Positions 57,859-64,000 of a DNA stretch of 64,000 nucleotides are shown in pieces (the stretch's first letter is position 1; the number at the start of each line of letters is the position of its first letter). The DNA comes from an uncultured Chlamydiales bacterium (GTDB taxonomy: Bacteria; Chlamydiota; Chlamydiia; Chlamydiales; Rhabdochlamydiaceae), in contig OY969554.1 of assembly GCA_963700985.1 (NCBI GenBank), positions 1,280,001-1,344,000 on the forward strand. Reading direction: 5' to 3'. Both the position numbers and the translations under genes were made by a program. The notes beneath the pieces were generated by a model, which was not told where the DNA came from, did no database searches, and saw only the letters and a list, made by a program, of their open reading frames with translations.

Positions 57859-58315
57859 TGTTTTTCGCCTGTTTTTTTGAAGAGGAACTATCTTTACCCA
57901 TTGCTAAGACATACAAAAGGCCACCAAAAATACTCAAATTCTTTAGAAACATCGCTACCTGAAATTGACGGTCGGGCCCATCTAGATACCAGAAATGGTG
58001 GCAAATCACAGTGGCAGAAATAAGAAAAAAGGCGAGCAAAAAAGCTCCAAAACGCACCTGTATTCCCAAAAAGAGAAGAGCGCCGCCTAGTAATTCGATA
58101 ATTGTACCTCCTAAAAGGAGCTGAGGCGTGCAAGGAAGGGCTAATTGCAGGAGATCTTGCGCTTGCATCATCCCTTGGGTGTAGTTCAATAAGTCGCAAA
58201 GTCCATTGATTAGAGCGGCTTCCGCCCCCTGCCAATCAAATATTTTATTCACCCCAGCAAGAATGAAAACACTGCTTAAACACATGCGCCCTAGAAGAGC
58301 AAAAAAACTTTTCAT
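57848..58315 (-). CDS. DoxX family membrane protein
   Basis: GRMCLSSVFILAGVNKI, HHFW, FLKNLSIFGGLL. Confidence 0.9.
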   Translation of the reverse strand: MKSFFALLGRMCLSSVFILAGVNKIFDWQGAEAALINGLCDLLNYTQGMMQAQDLLQLALPCTPQLLLGGTIIELLGGALLFLGIQVRFGAFLLAFFLISATVICHHFWYLDGPDRQFQVAMFLKNLSIFGGLLYVLAMGKDSSSSKKQAKNSEK

Positions 58316-58453
58316 CTTCCAATTACCTCTTAAAATCTAAGATCTCACAAAAAAAATTTTTGTACAAACGAGACTATCCCAATTCTAAATTTAGGCTCAT
58401 AAAACGAATTTTAGAAAAAACTAAAGATTTTTCCTCTGAATGCTGGTATATTT

Positions 58454-59593
58454 ATGGCACAAATGACCAATACTTTTCAAAAGCGCCATCTTTTTGACAT
58501 TCTGGATAGCTTCGATGAGCTAGGCATGCCTCTCGATGTTTTCCTATCCGGATACTTTCGCGCGCATAAATCGGTGGGCGCCAACGACCGTCGTGTGATC
58601 TGTGAAGCGATTTACGGCATGATCCGCTGGAGAGGCCTGCTCGATCACTTCTTACCTAAGCCTCCAACTTGGGAAAGTCGTCTTTCGCTTTTCTCATCTT
58701 TCGAACCTTTAGATTACGCCTCCAAGCAAGAGCTGCCTTCTCATATCCGCGCTAGTTTTCCAAAGCCCCTTTTTCAACTTTTTGCAGATGCTTACGGGGA
58801 AGAGAAAGCTTTAGAGCTCTGTCTAATCAGCAATACACAGGCTCCCACTACACTACGGGTCAACGAATTGAAAATTTCCAGAGAGGAACTTTTTGAACGC
58901 TGGAAAAAACTCTACCCTATATCGCTCTGTGCAACCTCGCCATGGGGAATTATCTTTCACAAAAAGATCAATTTCTTCTCTATGGAAGAGTTCAAAGCTG
59001 GCCTTTTCGAAGTTCAAGATGAAGGCAGCCAACTTATCGCTCGTTTAGTAGAGATAAAACCTGGCGATCATTTTCTTGATTACTGTTCGGGTTCTGGGGG
59101 GAAAACTCTCGCAATAGCAGCACGCAGCAATGGGAAAGGACAGCTCTATCTGCACGATATCCGCCCACGTGCACTAGTCGAAGCCAAAAAGCGACTCAAG
59201 AGAGCTGGTATCCAAAACGCGCAAGTTTTATCTCCTGATGATCGGCACAAAAAATCTTTAAAAGGACATATGGACTGGGTGCTGCTCGATGTGCCATGCA
59301 GTGGCACAGGCACACTACGCCGCAATCCGGATATGAAATGGAAATTCGACCCTTCCATAGTCGAACGCATCACCCAAGAACAAAGAGAAATTTTTGCCGA
59401 GGGGCTCGAATTTATCACGCCAAAAGGCAAAATCGTTTATGCAACCTGCAGTATTCTTCCTCAAGAAAACGAACAGCAGATCGCTTTCTTTGAAAAGAAT
59501 TTTCCAGTTGAGCTTGAAAGACCACCTTTTTCTGTTCTTCCTCAAAAAGGCGGCATGGATGGTTTTTTTGGAGCTGTTTTTAGAAAAAAATAA
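58454..59593 (+). CDS. RsmB/NOP family RNA m5C methyltransferase
   Basis: VQDEGSQ, DYCSGSGGKT, DVPCSGTG, YATCS. Confidence 0.93.
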   Translation: MAQMTNTFQKRHLFDILDSFDELGMPLDVFLSGYFRAHKSVGANDRRVICEAIYGMIRWRGLLDHFLPKPPTWESRLSLFSSFEPLDYASKQELPSHIRASFPKPLFQLFADAYGEEKALELCLISNTQAPTTLRVNELKISREELFERWKKLYPISLCATSPWGIIFHKKINFFSMEEFKAGLFEVQDEGSQLIARLVEIKPGDHFLDYCSGSGGKTLAIAARSNGKGQLYLHDIRPRALVEAKKRLKRAGIQNAQVLSPDDRHKKSLKGHMDWVLLDVPCSGTGTLRRNPDMKWKFDPSIVERITQEQREIFAEGLEFITPKGKIVYATCSILPQENEQQIAFFEKNFPVELERPPFSVLPQKGGMDGFFGAVFRKK

Positions 59594-59633
59594 GAATAAT
59601 GATTCAAAACCTTGTTTTTGCTACATTTGGACC

Positions 59634-60686
59634 ATGCTAAAATTATTTGTTTCGACTCTGTTTTTATTAGTGCCGCTCTTGACAATCGCCGCTGAGCCTG
59701 GACCGATGTCTTTTAATGAGCCAGAGCACCTCATCGTTAATAATCGCATCTTGGCAAAAGTGAATGGTAAAACCATCTCTGTTGTCGATGTCATGAAAAA
59801 GATGGATGTCTTTTTAAACCGCGCCTATCCCCAATATGCTGATTCGAAAAGTGCACGTTACCAATTTTATACCGCTCAATGGCGCAATACTCTCACGCAG
59901 ATGATCGATAATGAGCTCATGCTAGCAGATGCCGATTCTATTGAACTTAAGGTTAATGACAGTGATGTACGAGAGAAACTACAGGAGCGCTTTGGCCCCA
60001 ACGTGATGGCTAATTTAGAAAAAATTGGCATCACCTACGAAGAAGCGCGCGAGATGATCCACAGTGAAATCGTCGTTCAGCGTATGCAATGGTTTAGAGT
60101 TAACTCAAAAGCCCTTCTAAGTGTGAACCCCCAAGACATCAAAATCGCTTACAAAGACTTTTGTGAAAAAAACCCTTCTCAGGATGAGTGGAAATATCAA
60201 GTTCTTGCAATCCGCGGCACTGAACCAACCTCGGTCACACCGCTTACAGAAAGAATACAATCTCTGCTAAATACAGCTGAAGCTTCACTTCTGGCCGTTT
60301 ACGAGAAGGTCTCGAATGAAGAGAACCGTGATCCTTCGGTTACACTTACTCTTTCTCCTCTTTATGAAGTTAATGACAAAAACCTCTCGGCTAGCCATAG
60401 ACAAACGCTCTCCTCTTTGACCCCAGGTAGCCTTAGCCAGCCTATTGCCCAACCCAGCAAAGACGGCAGCATTGTTTCTCGCATTTTCTACCTCATCGAT
60501 CACGTCAAAAAGCAGCCTCCTCCTTTTGAAAAGATCTCCGATCGACTATTTGAAGAATTAGCCGAAAAGGCATCAGAAAAAGAGGCCTCTCTTTATGTAA
60601 CAAGGCTGCGCCAAAAATTTAGTTTTGAAGAGAAGCATTTCCAAGAGACTCTGCCGCCTGACTTTCAGCCTTTTGCGCTGAAATAG
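59634..60686 (+). CDS. SurA-like periplasmic chaperone
   Basis: Signal peptide from ATG 59634; NRILAKVNGKTI SurA N-terminal motif; degenerate parvulin region. Confidence 0.75.
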   Translation: MLKLFVSTLFLLVPLLTIAAEPGPMSFNEPEHLIVNNRILAKVNGKTISVVDVMKKMDVFLNRAYPQYADSKSARYQFYTAQWRNTLTQMIDNELMLADADSIELKVNDSDVREKLQERFGPNVMANLEKIGITYEEAREMIHSEIVVQRMQWFRVNSKALLSVNPQDIKIAYKDFCEKNPSQDEWKYQVLAIRGTEPTSVTPLTERIQSLLNTAEASLLAVYEKVSNEENRDPSVTLTLSPLYEVNDKNLSASHRQTLSSLTPGSLSQPIAQPSKDGSIVSRIFYLIDHVKKQPPPFEKISDRLFEELAEKASEKEASLYVTRLRQKFSFEEKHFQETLPPDFQPFALK

Positions 60687-60691
60687 ATCGC

Positions 60692-61540
60692 ATGACTCTA
60701 TCTCGTCCTTCCTATCTGATGCATTTTCTCCAAGAATTGGGAGTTCGCCCACAAAAAAAGTGGTCTCAGAACTTTCTCATCGATGGCAATATCATTCGCA
60801 ATATTATTCGATCGGCTGGTCTTGAAAAGGGCGACCTGATACTCGAAATTGGGCCTGGGCCAGGCGCATTGACCGAAGCCCTTCTTGCCCATGGATGCCA
60901 AGTTGTTGCGGTTGAAAAAGATCCAACCTTTGCAGAAGCGCTTAAGCGCCTTGAAAAAGAGCCCGGCAGCCTTACTGTTTATGAAGATGATATCCTAAAA
61001 TTCCCCATAGAAGAGTTCTTGAAGGAGAAGTGTAAGCAGGGCAGAAAAGTTAAGGTTGTATCCAACCTTCCCTATCACATCACTACCCCAATTGCAGTGC
61101 GGCTATTGCCACTACATGCTTATTTAACATCCATAACGATCATGGTGCAAAAAGAGGTCGGCTTGCGGATCTGCGCGCATACAGGCTCGGAAGATTATGG
61201 CAGCCTTTCGCTCTTTACGCAATTTTATGCCAATCCATCCTATTGTTTTACCGTGCCGCCTACCTGCTTTTTTCCTAAGCCAAAAGTCCACTCGTCTATT
61301 GTGCTACTCACTTTAAGAGAACCTCCACTAGCTTCAGAAGATGAGCCTGCTTTCTTCCAGCTGACTCGCACAGCATTTCAGCAGCGCAGAAAAATGTTAC
61401 GCACCTCTGTAAAAGAGCTCTACGACCGCGAGCTTATGGCAAAAAGCATGCAAGAGACTGGCATCTCTTTAGAAGTGAGACCAGAAGAGCTTTCGCTAGG
61501 TCAATTCCTCGCGCTTTTTCATAGACTTGCGCAAAAATAA
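60692..61540 (+). CDS. rsmA: 16S rRNA dimethyladenosine transferase
   Basis: SQNFLID, EIGPGPG, SNLPYHI, QRRKMLR. Confidence 0.97.
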   Translation: MTLSRPSYLMHFLQELGVRPQKKWSQNFLIDGNIIRNIIRSAGLEKGDLILEIGPGPGALTEALLAHGCQVVAVEKDPTFAEALKRLEKEPGSLTVYEDDILKFPIEEFLKEKCKQGRKVKVVSNLPYHITTPIAVRLLPLHAYLTSITIMVQKEVGLRICAHTGSEDYGSLSLFTQFYANPSYCFTVPPTCFFPKPKVHSSIVLLTLREPPLASEDEPAFFQLTRTAFQQRRKMLRTSVKELYDRELMAKSMQETGISLEVRPEELSLGQFLALFHRLAQK

Positions 61541-62800
61541 CCAAAGAGCACCGCTAAAGAATAGGGCCACTAAGAATAAGAGGGCAATCTTATGGCTCAA
61601 CACGACCTTAACTTGGTGCAGCACGCCTAACATCTGATGAAAGGTTGTCTCTTTCAGATCTTCAGTTGCGCAAACTGACGCGCGTTTCAGCACTTTTCCA
61701 AGTTCTTGATCGATCAGCTGAATCTCACCTACCGTTTGGCCTTTAACAATTGGCAATTTTAAATCATGCCATTTTAATACTGCCTTAAAATTGGGCTCTT
61801 CAGAGGGAAAGTATTCAAACACAAAATTTTCAGGCAGTGTGGCTTGCAATGGTTCACTCGCCCCATTGACTTTAGCCGTAAAAAGTTCAAAGCCTTTAGC
61901 AAAGACCGTGCGACTTACCTTCTTTTCATTGAATGCGGCTTCAAAAAGTGACACGGCATCTTTAAAGCGCTGATGAAAGTCACTGCAGCCCAGCACAACG
62001 GCAATCAAATAACGGTTTCCATCGGATGCAGCTGCTACCACATTCTTTCCGGCACTCAGGGTATACCCTGTTTTGACTCCTAAAGCCTTGGCGTAAAAGT
62101 GTGGGCTGGATTTATTCACGAGAGCATTACCTTGTACAAAGACAGTTTCCGGCTGTTTATTTGTGGCTGCCTTGACATGGCGGGAGGTCCCGACTATTTC
62201 TTTAAAAGTGGGGATTTTCATCGCCAATTGGGTCATTTTAGCGAGATCATAGGCAGTTGTTTTGTGCTCATCTGTCTGAAGGCCATGTGGATTATAAAAA
62301 GAGGTTTCAAGGCAACCTTTCTCCTTCAAAAAGGCGCTTAGCTCTTCCATAAAAGCCGGAACGCTACCTGAGACATGCTCTGCGATCACATTGGCAGCAT
62401 CATTGCCTGAAATAAGCATCAATCCATAGAGAAGGTCCCGAAATGAAATCTGCTCGCCTACTTTAAGACCCATATGGGTTCCGCCATATTCCAGCCGATA
62501 AGATGGGTGTTTGCTACGGCGCGCTTGCACTGAGACACACCCAATTGCTTCCTGCGAAGCGGTGACCATTGCGTTTAGATCATTCGGTTTTTTAGAAAGA
62601 GCATAAAATGCCGTGGCAACTTTAGTTGTGCTGGCTGGAAAAAGGGGCAGATGCACATTTTTCCCATAAAGAATCCGCCCCGTTTCGCCATCGATCAAAA
62701 TCGCCGCATTGGCAGAAACATCGAGTTTAAGTGGCTCAGCAAAAATAAGATAAGGTTGAAGAAGAAGAAAACTAACTGAAAGAAGAGAGCGGAGATTCAT
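61496..62800 (-). CDS. dacA: D-Ala-D-Ala carboxypeptidase (S11)
   Basis: PASTTK, SGNDAA, NPHGL, KTGYT; C-terminal TM. Confidence 0.93.
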   Translation of the reverse strand: MNLRSLLSVSFLLLQPYLIFAEPLKLDVSANAAILIDGETGRILYGKNVHLPLFPASTTKVATAFYALSKKPNDLNAMVTASQEAIGCVSVQARRSKHPSYRLEYGGTHMGLKVGEQISFRDLLYGLMLISGNDAANVIAEHVSGSVPAFMEELSAFLKEKGCLETSFYNPHGLQTDEHKTTAYDLAKMTQLAMKIPTFKEIVGTSRHVKAATNKQPETVFVQGNALVNKSSPHFYAKALGVKTGYTLSAGKNVVAAASDGNRYLIAVVLGCSDFHQRFKDAVSLFEAAFNEKKVSRTVFAKGFELFTAKVNGASEPLQATLPENFVFEYFPSEEPNFKAVLKWHDLKLPIVKGQTVGEIQLIDQELGKVLKRASVCATEDLKETTFHQMLGVLHQVKVVLSHKIALLFLVALFFSGALWLFLRKSMKKREELT

Positions 62801-62995
62801 ATATGTATATTAACTTTTTGATACTCAGTATTTTAGACTGAGTTATTAGGAAAATTGCTTGTCTTATGAAAAATAGCGGATTTTTCAAAAAGAGGCAATA
62901 AGTCTAATTAGTTAACCCTTGACAAGGAGATTTTTGAAAGATAAACTAAAAAAACCGGGAGATCAGAAAATCCTTCCGTTGGCAAGGGGCGCACT

Positions 62996-63427
62996 ATGAT
63001 TAATCCTTTAAAGCTAGAAGAGTCATTTCACGAGTTTTCCCAGAATTTACAAAAGTGGATGCCCGATGGCATTATCTCCGTAAATCTAGGGGTACTGAAT
63101 GAGCTGGGATTGCTCGATAATACGCATTTGGAACAGGCGACGCCAGAAAACTTAAGCCACTTCTTCCATGTCGTTGAAACACCGGATAAAATTACGCTCT
63201 TCAATGAGCAGTTTGCAATTTGGATCGTGCCAAAGTCCGAAGAGACGGCACCCTCAACTTTGACCTTTATCGCGCTGCTAACAGCAGAAAAGCCCCATCT
63301 GGAAATAGTTTTTTCTACTTCTGGGGTCTACAACTCTCCGAAATATATTTTAAAAGTGCTGCAACACTTTCTTTCCGATGTTATCGATACGGAAGCGACG
63401 ATTGCAGCAATAGGCAAGAAGCAATAG
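62996..63427 (+). CDS. Conserved chlamydial hypothetical protein (CT550-like position)
   Basis: Divergent from the dac gene as in Chlamydia; FHVVETPDKITLFNEQF, GVYNSPK. Confidence 0.7.
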   Translation: MINPLKLEESFHEFSQNLQKWMPDGIISVNLGVLNELGLLDNTHLEQATPENLSHFFHVVETPDKITLFNEQFAIWIVPKSEETAPSTLTFIALLTAEKPHLEIVFSTSGVYNSPKYILKVLQHFLSDVIDTEATIAAIGKKQ

Positions 63428-63441
63428 AGATTAACTAAGCT

Positions 63442-64000
63442 CTAAGGCGTAAATCTTCTCTTTTTTGCAAAACCAAAGCGAGAGTCTTTGCGCGGCTCTC
63501 GACTTGGACCTGAGCGTTGATCTTGATAGGGGCCTGATCGTTCACGACTAGGACCAGAACGTTGATCTTGGAAGGAACCTGCTCTCTCACGGCCAGGGCC
63601 ATACCCGGAACCCGATCTTTGGCCTTGGAATGAGCCTGGTCTTTCTCGACTAGGACCTGAGCGCTGATCTTGGAAAGAACCAGATCTCTCGCGGCTAGGA
63701 CCCGATCTTTGGCCTTGGAATGAGCTTGGTCTTTCTCGACTTGGGCCTGAGCGTTGATCTTGAAAAGAACCTGAAAAGGAACCCGATCTCTCACGGCCAG
63801 AGCCTGAGCGTTGATCACGGCTCGGACCTCTGCTGCGGAATCTACCGCCACCGCCGCCTCTTCTTTCAGACTCAGAATCACGAGATGGAGAATAACCTCC
63901 AGAGGATCTAGCGCGTGCTTCCATACCAGGAACCACGTGTAGGCGTATCTTCTGTCCTGTAAATTGCTCAATGCGTCTCACAAGAGACTGTTCATTATAC
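63442..64000 (-). CDS. Probable DEAD-box RNA helicase, C-terminal part (runs off window end)
   Basis: Frame open to window edge: YNEQSLVRRIEQFTGQKI...PGMEAR then an R/S/G-rich tail; helicase core not visible. Confidence 0.65.
   Translation of the reverse strand, partial: YNEQSLVRRIEQFTGQKIRLHVVPGMEARARSSGGYSPSRDSESERRGGGGGRFRSRGPSRDQRSGSGRERSGSFSGSFQDQRSGPSRERPSSFQGQRSGPSRERSGSFQDQRSGPSRERPGSFQGQRSGSGYGPGRERAGSFQDQRSGPSRERSGPYQDQRSGPSREPRKDSRFGFAKKRRFTP
63490..63830 (-). repeat. About 45-bp (15 aa) tandem repeats in the tail
   Basis: SFQ(D/G)QRSGPSRER(P/S)(S/G), about 6-7 copies. Confidence 0.85.

Noticed and set aside
59394-59633. 80-aa N-terminal extension of the SurA-like ORF overlapping the RsmB-family gene
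   Set aside because: A signal peptide begins at ATG 59634; the extension is an ORF-caller artefact. Similar over-extensions affect rplD, rplO and mntA.
63435-63971. Second overlapping 178-aa ORF on the same strand as the helicase tail
   Set aside because: The open frame is explained by stop-free tandem repeats; no recognisable protein features.

Overview
Chromosomal window from an environmental member of the phylum Chlamydiae. Evidence: grgA next to gap-rplQ-rpoA; an S10-spc-alpha cluster lacking rpsJ, rpsN, rpmD, adk, infA, rpmJ and rpsD; the fmt-lpxA-fabZ-lpxC-lnt block; and a MOMP-like porin. The left half (1-34 kb) is accessory. It holds transporters, several enzymes with signal peptides, toxin-antitoxin genes and relics, a tandem pair of eukaryote-like MYND-finger methyltransferases, a candidate nuclear effector, and a beta-propeller plus beta-barrel gene pair, and it ends at tRNA-Leu(TAA). 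The right half (34-64 kb) is core housekeeping, apart from four hydrophobic, partly paralogous genes at the cap1 position between rplC and fmt. Most promising candidates: (1) a promoter / two-hairpin small RNA / U-tract unit directly upstream of an inactivated NYN RNase, resembling an RNA-antitoxin system; (2) MYND-methyltransferase effectors; (3) a brnQ leader with mutually exclusive helices and an Ile-Ile uORF; (4) a passenger plus dedicated beta-barrel surface-display pair. Family assignments come from motifs recognised by eye; no database search was run.
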